This document shows positions 9,734 through 22,375 of a stretch of 64,000 nucleotides of DNA, one piece after another. The stretch is from Vitrella brassicaformis CCMP3155 (lineage: Eukaryota > Protista > Chromerida): the NCBI GenBank assembly GCA_001179505.1, contig CDMY01000226.1, positions 1 to 64,000 of the forward strand, read 5' to 3'. Below the pieces are notes generated by a model, which was not told the origin of the DNA, did no database searches, and saw only the letters and a list, made by a program, of their open reading frames with translations. Positions within the stretch are counted from its first letter, which is position 1, and each line of letters begins with the position of its first letter. The position numbers were made by a program, and so were the translations under genes.

Positions 9734-12700
9734 ATGGCGCTTGTCAAGATGGAGTGCGAGGATGTGTCAGAGGAGGCGACCTCTGTAGTACCGAAGAGGC
9801 AAAGACCCAAAGGCATTCCGTCCGTGGTACGTGGCAGATGGAGATGTGGCTGCCGCGCCTGCATCCATTTGCTCGTGTGTGTGTGTGTGTGTATCAGCTG
9901 TCCCAGTATTGCGAGAACTGTGGCGAATGGAATCACTTCCGGCGCACCACATGCACCAAGTGCCTCAAGCCGCTGGTATGAACGAACGATAGAGACCGAA
10001 GCACACATCATGTTGTACTTGTCGCCTCTCTGTGGTGTATGTACATACATCGCATATATCAGGGTGATGAACCAATGCCAGAATACGGGTGCGTGAGTGA
10101 ACAGACAACCAACAAGGCAGATAGCGATGTTTGTGCCTGCGGGAAACACATGTGTGTGTCTGTGTGTGTGTGTGTGTTGGTGTCAGGCTGTTTTCGTCCT
10201 TTCCCGAGTTTGTCCCGCCTCCGCAGCTTGGTAAGCTCAGCCCACACCTGCAAGATCCCATCACTGACTGGTTGAACTACCGAGTGGCGAATGTGTGCAG
10301 CCGCTGAGGGTCATGCTGCTCTTCCATTTCTGGTGGGTCCCCAGCTGACGGAGGACAACCAGGTCCTGTATCGGTTGGCGCCTGACGAGATGGCTGCATT
10401 CATACCACCTGACTATGAGGTGGGTCGGTGAGCCCATCGAAAACAATAGCCATCTGAGCCATCCCTCTCCTCCGTCTGTCATCAGAATGCCGTTGAGGTG
10501 CAGTACGACTCCTCCCAGCCCTGCGGCCTACGCCGCTTCCAAGCGGCCAACCCATTCGTGCATGCCGACGATGCCGGAAGCGCAGCCCCTGCCCCTCCCT
10601 GTCACTGGTTCATCAACGCAGGCGGACCCGTGTTTCGCATGGCCTTCAGTCCGCCTGTCAGCCTGCCACCAGGCAGCGAGGCCGCGGCCACTCTCCAGCC
10701 GCTCACGGTTGAAGATGACGAGGACGCTGGGAACGGGTGTGTGCCGGTGGGCAACTGGGACAGCTCTCTCAACTCGGCCAAGAAGGTCAAGGGCGGCAAG
10801 GGGCCGCCCGACCAGAATACGCCGGCGGGGCTCATGATGGACCACATCGACCACAACCTGAGCTACGTTGTGCTGGCCATCGCTGCTCACTCACCCTACG
10901 CGGCTCTGCATACGGTGGAGAGGGCCGTCAGCGGCCCCTCGCTCATTCAGTTGTGGATGGTGGCAGGCGACCCCGTCAGGGAGCCTCAGCTGCGGCTGTG
11001 CATCGCGCATGAGGTAAGGACAGACAGGCAGCCGACGGCTTTCAACAAGTGTAGGTCTTTATCCTCGGCTGGCTCGCTGCAGGGGGGCTGGGTGCGACAT
11101 GTGGAGTGGGTGCGGCACTCTGCGATGGCCTTGGAGGACTCCACCGAGCTGAGGAGGGTCGGGCTGCTGTTCGCTGTGCTGGGTGACGGCACGTGCTGTC
11201 TGTGGGAGGTGCCCGCGCAGCCCTTCACAGCGGATCCTGCTCCTGCACCAGTGGCAGAGGGCGCTTCGTCGATGGATGTGATTGCCAGCATGTGAGCAGC
11301 CTGGCTGCCTGGAGCACATTCACGCGCAGCCCTGAACAAGTCAAGTCTGTTCTCTATCTGTGTGGTTGCCACGCACGCAGCACATTCCGTCTGCCCCCCG
11401 TGTGGCGGACCGGTCCGGAGCATGGTCTTCTCACTTGCGGCGCCATGGCACAAGGTATGTATGCATGATAACACAACACGCACACGAGACGACATGACGA
11501 TCTATCTGTAAGCCTGCCTGCATGTTGTGTGTGCAGCGTGGCCCTATGACCTGTTGGTGACGGGATGTGCTGATGGCCGCATCCTCGTCTGGCACATCCA
11601 CAGCGACCCTGACATGAGTGACGGCCATCACCAAGGCCACGGTGGGTACCGACTGGCGCCCTGCAGCATCCACTGGGCCACGCCAGCGGTATGCATCCAC
11701 CCACCCACACACTCACTCGCACACACTGGGGATGCGATGCGCATTGTGTTGGTCAGCCGGTTCGGACGGTGACGTGGCTGCCGACCCCCGAGCATCACCT
11801 CTTCCTCACCACATCTAATGACGGCGACTGTCTCCTCTGGTCAGCCAATTACACAGAGATCGGCAGACAGCACAGCGGGCATCAACCGATGTGCGCGCGC
11901 GTGTGTGTGTGTGTGTGTCTGTCAGGGACCGTCGTTTGTCCCACAGCCCGTTGGCCAAGTACGTGCCGACACGCATGCCCGTGACTCAGGTGTCGGCCTC
12001 TCCCCTGGTGGGTACTGTGGTGCTGGGCGGCCTCACGGACGGCATGGTCTACAAGCTGGGGCCACAGCTTAGGGGGGCGGGTGGTGGGACTGCAGCAAGC
12101 GGCACTGAGGGGGAGGGTGTGGGGTCGGGGCACCACACGAGGTTCCGGCTGAACCACTACAACACCCACTGCCACTGCACCACTGTGTGCGGCCAATACG
12201 CTTACGCCACTTACAAAGACGGCATGTGAGCCAACACAACGCCAGCCAGACACGAGCAACGATACAGCTTTGTTTGTGGTTGTTGTCATTACTCGTGCGT
12301 CCAGAGTGACCACGACGCCTCTCGCCCTGATCCACCGGAAGAGGCAGTCGTGTTTCGGCAAGCCCTTCAAGTGGACCGTAGACCTCCCCAGCCCCCCTCC
12401 TGCCGCCGCCATGGACCGACCAGCAGCAGCCCAGGAGCCCTCCCCATCACCGGAGGCCCGTCCCCCTTCCCCTCCTGCCGATGACCAACAACAGGAGGGA
12501 GACTCGATGCAGATCGACGTCAAGCCAGACGTCAAAGACCTGGTGCCTGTTGCTGCTCCTGCTGCAAGTCAGATTGTGGTCAGCCCGCCGCCAGTACCCC
12601 TGAAGGGGCCGCTTTTGGTGGAGAAAGTGATCGAGGCTGACGCCGAGTGGGCCCACAAGCGGCACCAGCAGTGCCATGATTACCCCGCCGCCGCGATGCG

Positions 12701-13118
12701 CATCCGTGTCTCCCGCGACCCCCGGTTCTTCAACCTGCTGGAGGAAAAGCCGGCCGCCCTGTCTGCCGACGGCCAAACGCCCCTCCCGAAGGCAAAGGCA
12801 AAGGCCAAAGCCAAGAGGGGCGCGAAGCGTCCGAGGCCCAGCATGGAGGATGTGCTGCAAGAGCTGACACTTAGCCCGCCGGACACCGACAGTGCTGGTG
12901 GTGGTGGGCAAGAGGACGAGGAGATGTTAAGTGAGGCAGAGGAGGCGAAATTGAGAGAAGAGGCTGCCAAGAGGGAGAGGGGGGAGATGTGTGGGCGGGA
13001 GAGGGAGCTCTTCTGTGTGGCCGCGCTTGACAGGATGGTCTATGGCGGCACTCTGCCACTGCTGGCCTATGGCGGCAGGGCCGGCATCGTACACGTGTGC
13101 GTGCCGCAGCAAATGTGA
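9734..13118 (+). CDS. WD40 protein resembling the TFIIIC subunit GTF3C2/Tfc6, with an N-terminal CxxC-x10-CxxC (RanBP2-like) zinc finger
   Basis: Phase-consistent splicing links YCENCGEWNHFRRTTCTKC to WFINAGGPVFRMAFSP, YVVLAIAAH..SGPSLIQLW, VGLLFAVLGDGTCCLWEVP, YDLLVTGCADGRILVW, FLTTSNDGDCLLWS and AYGGRAGIVHV. Confidence 0.65.
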
Positions 13119-14037
13119 CCGACCCACTGACACAGATGGATGCATTCATTGGTGTGTGGATCAGAGGAGATAGAGTGAGTTGAGTCACTCATGAAGTGCG
13201 GGCATCTGACAGCCATGGTGAGTGACACCAGACAGCTCGGCACCCGCCTCGCCCTGTGCGTCCTTGACCATCACCATCCACCCTGTCCTCTCAACCAAAG
13301 GCAGCTTCATCTCATCCTACACACACACACACACACACGTGCACAAAAGTTGTTGGCAGAGCTTTTCTAGTGTCGTCTCTCTCTCCCTCCCTCACCCGCA
13401 GCTGCTTCCCGATCGCTTTATCGATATGAGAGCTGAAGTGCGGCACAGGGGGGCGTGGTATGCAGACGGGTCCAAACTCTGCACAGAGAGAGAGAGAGAG
13501 AGAGACACATGCAGCCAGCATACATACAAAGAGGTGTGTGTGTGCGTTTGCCATGGCACAGTCAGTCAGGGAGGCAGGCACCTTGTAAGCTGTAGCCAGC
13601 CTGTCCTCTCCCCCCGCCTCTTCAGGCTGCATGACTCCGTGTTTTTTACGTCTCGTCTGTCTGTCTGTCTGTCTGTCCTACTTTGTTGTCTGCCGGTGGT
13701 TGTCTGGTTGTTGGGCGAGTCAGGTCATGCAGGTGCAGGTGTGGTGGTGGTGTCATTGGTGTTGTCAAGTTGCGCCAACAGGTAGCCAACTGAGGTAGGT
13801 ATACAAGCCGGACAAACACAAGTAAGGTGACGTGACCTGCAATGCCATGCGATGCAATGCAATGCGGCATTCATTGATGCGATGCGATGCGATGATGTAT
13901 GTCAGAGTACATGTCCATTCACGATGGCCACGCAGCCCAATAAGCAACAAGTTCAGCCACCCACCCCTCCTTCCCTCCAGGCACGCACGCAGGCAGGCAG
14001 GCAGGTCTATATCCCCCCTGTCTCCCTCTACCCTCAC

Positions 14038-16453
14038 TCACTCACTCGCTCCCTCACCCGTGTCGGCTGAGGGCGCTGCATTCGACCGCAGCCCACTGCT
14101 GACATCGTCCTCCGCCGGTTCAGGGGCCTCCTCCTCTTCACCGCCTTTCTGCTCTTCGCCCTCAGACGTACCCTCAAGCTTGCCACCTTCCGCAGTGCCC
14201 TTCCGTGGCCTTTTCCTTTTGCCCTTCTTCTTATTTTCCTGTGCGCCGGCATCGTCCTGTGCGATGATGGCGGCGACCTTGGCCTCAGGAAGGGCGTTGA
14301 CATGCCCGCCTGGTGTGGCTGTGTTGGTGAGGCGGCTGGACAGGTGCAGCAAGGAGGGGTGGTGGCTAGACACCTCTTTTATCGTGCCGCTGACAGGGGA
14401 GGGAGAGGACATGCAATGCCTCCGCGTGTTGTTGCTTTGCTTTGGTGTGTGCTCACTTGAGCTTCTCTTCGGTTGCACGGAGTCTGCTCGTGGCGTCTGG
14501 GGAACAGAGACACGCCGACGTACGAAAAGGCGAGGGGCCAACCAAATTTGGTCACAAGACTGGCCTGCCTACCCACCAGCGACGGTTTGTTGATAGTTGG
14601 CGGTCTCCCCCCGCTCTCCCGTGTGGTTGTCGTCATGTGTAATGGGAGCAGGAGCCGCTGCCTCGGGCCCTGCCCTGTCTCGTCTTCCGTGTCATTTCCC
14701 AAAGCAGCTGTGGTTGGCTCCTCCGCTGTTGCACGAAATGCCGTTACATCCACATCCACGTCATGCTGTGTTGTCTCCTTCACCACGACATCCGTCACAT
14801 TGACGAGTGTCTCGTTAGAGGCGACAGCCAGCTCAGGCTGGCTCCCACTCTCGTCAGCAGTAGCCGTGGTGGCGTTCTCGGCCACCGCATGGTCAGTGAG
14901 CTCCCCCTCCTCTGTTTTGGTTGCATTGGCGGCTTCGCCTTCGACAGTGAGCTGCGTTGTGTTGTCAGCTGTCTCCTGTGCGACGGTATCGTTGGTGGTG
15001 AGCCCTGCCTCGCCCTTCAACGTACTTGCGGCTGTAACAATGGCTTCCTCCGTCACGTTGGCTGCTGCCGCGATGGTGTCTTGAGTCTCTAGCTCCTCCT
15101 TGGCCGTCGCGTTGACACTCAGGGGGGCCTCCGCTGTCTCGTTCAACGTGACGTTGGTGCCATAATCCTCCCTGACCGTTGTGGCGGTGGCCCCCTGGGC
15201 CTCAGTCTCGGTTGCATTCACCTGCGATGTGAGATCCTCGGTGACGGTCTCATTGCCCGCGCTCCTCAACACATCCTCAGAGAGATCGTCTGTCTCGTTC
15301 TGAGCCACCTCGGCTTCAGCCTTGTGTGCTGCTGCTGCGGCGGCGGCGGCGGCGGCGGCGTGGCCATATTCCTCCTCTTCCCCCTCTTTGCCGAATGTGG
15401 TATTGAGGCCGACAGTAGCATTCACAAGCTCTTGTGCGGTCTCGTTGACGAGGCCGCACGACTCTTCTGTTGCGTTGAGGGTTGCCATCTCCTCTATGCG
15501 ACGCTCCTCGGCGGCCGTGGCCTCTTTTCTCGCCGCCTCTTCAGCCTTGGTGGCATTTGCCGCAGCCGCTGCGTCTGCCTCTGTGCTTGCCGTGACATTT
15601 GCGAGGTCCGCCTCCCGTGCCGCTGTCTCCTCTTCTGTGTGTTGTGCCTTGCGGGCTTTTGGAACCTCACCTTTCGATTTGGACTCAGCCTCTTCCCATA
15701 GTGCGCTCATCGAGCCCCCTGCAGCCATTAATGAAAACAATGCATTCGTGCAGCAAGCGCCCTCCCTGGCTCCGCTGTGTGTTTTGTGTGGGCTCACCGC
15801 ACGGGCGGACCTCCTTCGCAAAGCAGAATGCGGGCGGGGCGTTGAGCGTCGACCTCTCAGCAGCCGCTGCGGCCTCGCGCAGTTGTGCCTGCACCTGGGC
15901 CAGAGCGTCACCTGTCGTCGGGTGCTCGCCATATCCGAGAGCCATCTCACTGCAGCTCAACAGGGCAAACGTCGAGTTGCCACCCATCCCCCTCTTGGCC
16001 GACACGTGGCTGCGGCACTCCCTCAGCTGCTCGGCACACTCCACCGTGGACTCCGATGCCACACAGACGTGTTGCTGCGATGTCGGCTTCTCGTCGCTTC
16101 GCCTGCCCCAGCAGAGCACATCGCCGCCTTTGGAGCAGCCGAGGGGCGAGTAGGCAGTGAGCGGACCGTCGTGGTAGGCAGTGCAAGTGAGAGTCAGGCC
16201 GCCGGGCAGTCTGCACTCCTCCGCAACGGGCAGAAAGACCCAGACGAGTGTATCTGCATTGCAAATCATCCAGTTTGTAAGGGCCCTTGCGGTTCCCCAG
16301 CTGTGCATGAATGTCTGCATCAGCCCGCTGTCCTCCCCTCTGTATCCCGTCACTCGCCTGCAGTGTTCTGTGGCGGAGGCCCCTGGCCGCCTCGTGCGAT
16401 AAGGCCGACCCGAAAACACCGACCAACAGAGGTATCCACGGCCACTGCCTCAT
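14038..16453 (-). CDS. Secreted acidic mucin-like glycoprotein: Cys-rich N-domain plus Ala/Glu/Thr-rich stalk
   Basis: Signal-like start MRQWPWIPLLVGVFGSALS, then a Cys-rich exon (EECRLPGGLTLTC..GCSKGGDVLCW). The long exon ~14640-15700 has about 20 N-x-T sequons. Some junctions are uncertain. Confidence 0.55.
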
Positions 16454-16569
16454 CGTTAGAATGAGTGATGGACGAGGGGCCCCGCCTGGGCTGGGCTAGA
16501 GCGTTGCACCGTGAAATTGCTCTTTGATGAGTCCCTTCGGGTCGGCAGGAGGGATCTGCCAATCGGGCG

Positions 16570-17420
16570 ATGAAGAAGGGAAGACGGAAGAACAAACTCG
16601 ATGCCGAGCCGCAGCCGATGCCCAAAGCTGTGCAGCCTGAGGAGGGCATCTCTGGCTGGCCTTCCATGTCGAGGAAGGAGGATCTCGTCGCCGGCATTGT
16701 GTCCCATTCGGTGAAGCTGCACACCTGTGATGGCTTCCTGAGTGCCAAGGAGTGCGACAGGCTGATTGAGTGGCTGGACAAGGGGGAGAGGTGGCAGTTG
16801 ATGAACTGCCCGCAAACCAAGGAAAAACTGCGTTCAGGTACACACATTCAATGACATGACATGCACACAGACGTCAACACACACAGCACGTGTGTGGCCG
16901 GCCTTCAGGATGTGCCATCGCATTCAGTTCGACTCTGTGGCCTTCGCGGACATGCTGTGGCACACGGGTCAGCGACGGACGGACGGACGGACGGACAGAC
17001 AGACAGACAGCCGTATCCCATTAGCCACGCACACCCGTTGCTTCGCTGTGCGCCCGTGTGTCAGGCATGGACGCAGTCTGCCAGCACCTTTTCCGTCAGC
17101 GGGGCGTGCGGCTCTACGAGAACATTCGCTTCTACAAATACACCAAGGGGCACGCCTTTGGTCCGCACTACGACGAGGCCATCCGGTTCCCCACTACAGG
17201 CGAGGAGACCAAGTGGACGCTGCTGGTGTATCTGAGCGAGTGTGTCGGCGGTGAGACCGCCTTCCTGGACGGCAAGGGGAAGCAGCCGGTGGCCATAGCG
17301 CCCAGGGCGGGGATGGCCTTGCTGCACGCACAGGGCCCTAGGTGTCTGCTGCACGAGGGGAGGGAGGTGAGGGATGGCGTCAAGTACGTCATGAGAAGCG
17401 ATGTGGTCATGAAACTGTGA
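16570..17420 (+). CDS. 2-oxoglutarate/Fe(II)-dependent dioxygenase (prolyl-4-hydroxylase-like), 3 exons
   Basis: FLSAKECDRLI, AFRMCHRI..FADMLW, IRFYKYTKGHAFGPHYD, WTLLVYLSECVGGETAF and LLHEGREVRDGVKYVMRSDV provide the HxD...H...R motif. Confidence 0.9.
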
Positions 17421-17574
17421 TGAGCAGAGACATATGAGAGGACGGACGGTGAAGGGTGGGTGTACAGAGAGAGAGAGACAGAGAGAGTGGCGGGTCGGTG
17501 TCTGCTTTGATTTGATGAGCGGGGAATTCATCCAGCCATGATGTGATGCAGTGTACAGCTGATGCATCTTCCCC

Positions 17575-18046
17575 GAGATCTGACTCGGTTCAATGGATTC
17601 GATGTAATACAACCAATTCGACGTAATATCAACACTGTTCTGAGCAATGCATGCCTTCGGGCTCTCTGTCCCGCTTTGCCTATGACCGCCGCCACCACCT
17701 CAGTCCCACAGTGCACTCACACGGCACAGAAAGACGGTGGTGATGGTGGTGTTCTGAGACAGAAGTCAGGCCAGTGAGCTGCCGGGAGGTGTCCAATGCA
17801 ACAACATGACAGACAGACTGAGGGTCGCATGTCGAGCAGATACACAGGGCCGGTCTGTCTGTCTGTCTGGTGTGGGTGTGGGTGTGGGTGTTGCTTGCTT
17901 CCTTTGGTCTGTCCTCTCTGTCCTGCGGCCGCCGCCCCGCCACCGACCCATCACACACGATGCCACGCGTGGGATGGAGGGGTGGCGTGACGAGTCCGAA
18001 GGACTGCGAGAGGGACAGACGAAAGGCAACCCGGACCACAGCAACG
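17575..18046 (-). repeat. Dispersed ~0.5-kb repeat, copy 2 (inverted relative to 2693-3203)
   Basis: Reverse complement aligns along the length of copy 1, with indels in the (GACA)n and (CACACC)n tracts. Confidence 0.9.
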
Positions 18047-18178
18047 AGGCACTTCTGTACAGTCCACACGTAAATGCTGGCCTTCGGCTCGCTTCATAAA
18101 AGATTACTCCACTCGCGAATCCATGTGATCATCTTGGGCACTCACTGGTCTGTCTGTCTGTCTGTCCCCACACGTGTG

Positions 18179-19471
18179 CTATGCGTACAGTCCCGAGTGC
18201 GAGGCGTGTCGCTGCTGCACGCGCTTGGCCACCTCATCGAAGTCCTGCCGGTCAATCGGCAGGGAGTGACGACACACTGCACCCATCCATCCATCCATCC
18301 ATCATCCACCCACCACAACAGACAACAGAAGTAAGCAACGAACAACCATCATCCACCATCCACCATTCGTCCCACACTCACTTGGGCAGGTGTTGTGGCG
18401 CTCGAGCCAGAGGAGGAGGCAGTCGTAGTGGAACATGTGTTCGCAGGGCATCTCCTTGGCCTTGCCGCCCTTGACGAACTCCTCGTGGCATATGGCACAC
18501 GTCGGCATCGAACCGTCAGCAAATGGCTGGATCTTCCGCATCGGCAGATCAGCCCTGAGACAAAAGATGACACAGCGACAGACAGCCCATCGATGGTGTG
18601 CCTGTGAGGTTGTGGGTGTGTGTTGGTGTTGGTGTGTATGAGTGAGTCCTCACCTGGCCGTTCTGGCTGCGGGTGGAGGGCCGCTGTCGGAGAAGTCTGG
18701 GGCATCGCCGACGATGAATGGGGCGGCACCCTGGTGCATGCCCAAACCCACCTGACCCACATACAGCGAACAAACAAAGAAAGAAACAAACATACAAACA
18801 TACAAACATACTACATACATACAAACAACACAACCACAGATGGTCCCCCTCCCGTCTGTCTGCCATTCATTGTGACCTCTCCAGCTGCCTACCCCATCCC
18901 ACCGCACCCCACCTGCTCCATCCGCTGCCGCAGCATGTCAAGCAGGTCGGTCATTGCACCACCACCGGGCCCGTCGGCCGTGGCCTCCTCTCCTGCCTGT
19001 GTCCCCGCCTGCCTCTGCGCCTCCCGTCTGTCCATCTCGTCCCTCTTGCGCTGCAGCCTCTCCTGCCCCTCAGACACCTCCCTCACGGCTGTTTCCACCC
19101 ACAGGTCGGCCTCCCTGCGTCGGGGGTCGTCGAGGGGCAGCGTGAACTGGTAGCTGAGCAGCAGATCCAGGTTGGGAGACCAGTAGGCAGAGGAGATATA
19201 CCGGGTTTGGCAAACCGTGAAGGCACGCTGCGGGACACAGACAGGACGACACACCAAGTGGCGAATGGCGATGCGGAAGCGAATTTGGGTTGCCTGTGTG
19301 ATGTACCTTGATAGTGGCGTGGACTTGGTCTGCGGAGGCGGCTGTATCGCCCCTCTCCACTGCTTCTGCGAGTGCCTTGACAGCAGAGATGAAGGTCTTC
19401 TTGGCGTTGAGCTTCTGTGTGAGCTCCTGCCATTTGTCGCACGCAGATGCGCTACCCACTGTCACTGTCAT
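18179..19471 (-). CDS. RING-H2 E3 ubiquitin ligase, AIP2-like
   Basis: N-domain WQELTQKLNAKKTFISAVKAL..RAFTVCQTRYISSAYW resembles the plant AIP2 N-terminus. RING-H2: CAICHEEF..EMPCEHMFHYDCLLLWLERHNTCP|.CRHSLP. Ends SGLYA*. Confidence 0.8.
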
Positions 19472-19555
19472 CGCGCGGTAGCTGCCTTCTTCCCGACCTC
19501 ACCAAGCTCGCATTGCTAGGGTGCTCTGTGAAACCGCTCTCCGTCGGACTCCACA

Positions 19556-20644
19556 ATGGAAAGGAGGCAACGCAGACGGCAGTCCTTCGATGGGGCCCTC
19601 CTTCCGTCCACAAACCTCTGCGAAAAGGCCCTCTCCCGAGCCCGCACGGCGGATGACTCGGTCCCATCCAGAGAGTCAATGGAGCGCAGCCCCAAGGCCC
19701 TTTGCGGCAACCTGGGGCGGATTCCTGACGTCCTGCTCTGGTAGCTACACTGACTGCATCACAACACACACCTGAACAAACCGCTTCAAAAGAGTGATGA
19801 GTCTGAGCACTTTGAGTGTGTTTTCATGTCAGGGAGGTTTGTGGCCTGTTGGGCGCTCGAGGCGTGCTGACTCTCTCTGAAACCTGCAGCCGTAGGCGAG
19901 CGGCCAGGAGGGCAGTGGGGGGCCTGCCAGTGGTTGCAATGAGTGTGTGCGTGTGTGCGCGTGTGCCTGCAGGTTGTCGTGAGGTGGCGATGAAGCCCTG
20001 TGTGTGGGCGCAGCTGTGTGCCATGCGGTGGCCCAGAGGGCTCAACGCCGCGGCCTATCACCACCAATGCATTGCGCTCTACAGGGACTCGTAAGCACAG
20101 CACCACAAACAGTCCACTCGTCGTGTCATTCGTTCATTGGTCGGTTCGCTCGCAGCAACGGCTGGCTGCCTCTCAAGCTGGCGCAGCAAAGCGATGGCAG
20201 TTCCAGCGGCGACAGCCGTCCGTCGTCGGCCTCGTCGTCGGGCAGCTGCGGCCGGTCGCGGGCTGCCGCGCCGTTGTCGCGATGGGTGCGTGCTTCCCCA
20301 AGATTCGACATTCAGAAGCACAAGGTGACCAGCCCCTTTGTCAACACCATGGACCTTCGTCAAGACGGAGAGAAGGTTTACACCGTCACAGAAAGGTGAG
20401 TCAACTGGACCGTTGGGTGCGTGTGGGTGGAGTGTGATTGAGTGTGTCTTGTGTTGCAAGCTTGTGGTGTCCTTGTTGTGTTGTTGTGTGTGCAGTGGTC
20501 GTGGTGGCAAGTCGCTGATCAGTGTGTATGATGTGGCGACCGGCGCGCTCGACCACAGCAAGACGGTCGACGTGCGAAGCATCAACTGCATCGACTGTCA
20601 GCTCACAAGCACACACACGAGTCGAGGAACAAGTGAATCATTCA

Positions 20645-20677
<33 letters not shown>

Positions 20678-22375
20678 ACCGCGTGCGTCAGTGTGTGGTG
20701 GTATCTATGCAACTGGCGACGACGGCGGGCACGTGAGGGTCTTCTCCAAGACAGACCACCACCAAAAGGCCACTATGAAATGGTACCTCACTCAGTCACT
20801 CACTCACTCACTCACTCTGCGTCGTATATGGGAATTTCTATGGATCGTTGTGTGTGTGTGTGCGTGTGTGTCTGTGTCTGTGTCTGTGTGTCAGCATGAG
20901 TGAGGTGAATGACCTGCGTCTGACTCGCGAGTCGGTCGCCATCAACGTCCGCACCTCATCCAGATACCCTGGTGCGTACGCCAACGAACCTAACCACACA
21001 CAGACACCCCCCCCCCACCACCACTCCACACACACACACTGTCCTGTGGATCGCTCCACAACCAGCTGGTATGGAGGTGTGGCACATCGAGAGCGGTCAC
21101 CGCGAGAGGCTGCGGCCGGCCGACACCAACGACAAGTGGATCCACGCCGTCGACCTCAACGAGGACAAGTCCATCAACGACGTCACATTCGTCGGCGAAA
21201 ACACCGCCGACGGCTGCTTCTGGATCTTGCAGTGCGACATGAGACGCAAAGACAGGTGTGCTATACGGCGGGGGGCGGGGCGGGGCAGTTGTGGTATATA
21301 TTTGCCGTTGGTTGGGCAAGTGTATGTGTCGGTGTGTGCGGTTGGTGTGTGTGTGTCAGGGTGGTGTTGGAGCTTCAGCAGAGCAAGCGCATGTTGTGGC
21401 CTCTGCGTGTGACGGGGCGGCAGGTGCTGTATGCCTACGTGCACCGCACCGGCGACAGGAACGGCAAAATCAGACACCTTGACCTCAGGTAGGGTAAATC
21501 ACATCACATATAGCTATCCTTTGCACTGCACCAGTAAGAACCAAATGTGATGGACCGGATCACATTTGGTTCTTACTGGTGTCAGATACCCGAAGCCCTC
21601 CCCTCTCTTAGAGGACCACCGCCCTTACCCTTCCTCCCCGGCCTCCAGCCGCCACTCCCCCTGCAGACGGCGAGGTGGACCACACATCATCGACGCACCC
21701 ACACCGCCCTCTCACATCCGCCCGCGCCCGTCGGCCAGGCACTCAACCACACGAGTATCATCAGCATCGTATACCCCACCACCAGCAGCGGCGGCAGCAG
21801 CAGCAGCAGCAACGGCATCCGACGTCTCCCCGCGGCCGTTCCCCAGCATATCGTCGATTGCGAGTGCCATCACGGGGGCGGCTGTGGCGTGTGAGAAGGG
21901 TGTGGCGAGCGACATGGTGCAGGTGTTGCCGCACCGAGTGGAGGATTTCCGGATTATGCATGGACACGTGAGACAGACAGACAGACAGACAACAAGAGAG
22001 ACAGACGGACACGGTTGTTGCCGTCGCATCGTCGATGGATCGTTGTGTGTGTGTGTGGTCCAGATCTATGCCTTGTGTGAGTCCAAGAATGAGTTGTCTC
22101 TGTGGCGCAGCCCACTGGCCACCGCCTCGCAACCACCCGAGTGCCTCAGTGTGATTGATATCTTCGATCCACAGGGCTGGAACGAACCTCTGAAGCTGCT
22201 ACAGTGCTGCGAAAGTGAGAGAGGCGAGAGAGGCGAGGGACAGAACAGACTCTGTGCAGGTCAGGTGCAGTGCACGGTCTGTGTGTGTGTGTGTGGTGCA
22301 GATGGGTGGACCTGCACGTACGGCGAGCATCTTGCTGTGGGTAAGGTCGTGCAGCCCTGGACCTTTGCACCATGA
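19556..22375 (+). CDS. F-box protein with a WD40/beta-propeller-like C-terminal region (many exons)
   Basis: Splicing gives the F-box LGRIPDVLL|WEVCGLLGARGVLTLSETCS|RCREVAMKPCVWAQLCAMRWP. Later repeats include IYATGDDGGHVRVFS, LYAYVHRTGDRNGKIRHLDLR and NELSLWRSP. Confidence 0.7.

Noticed and set aside
9734-9981. Stand-alone small zinc-finger gene
   Set aside because: Downstream exons splice in phase into the WD40 gene, so it is treated as that gene's N-terminus pending RNA-seq.
13838-13895. ATGCA/ATGCG pentamer run
   Set aside because: A simple repeat in a microsatellite-rich convergent spacer with no further structure.
14473-16464. Long plus-strand ORFs (14473-15084, 15322-16464) and similar antisense ORFs (e.g. 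48043-48651, 50108-50737)
   Set aside because: They are shadow frames of GC-rich coding exons on the opposite strand, with no domain signal.
20282-20437. MGACFPK.. ORF as a myristoylated protein start
   Set aside because: It is out of frame with the spliced F-box/WD gene that covers this region.
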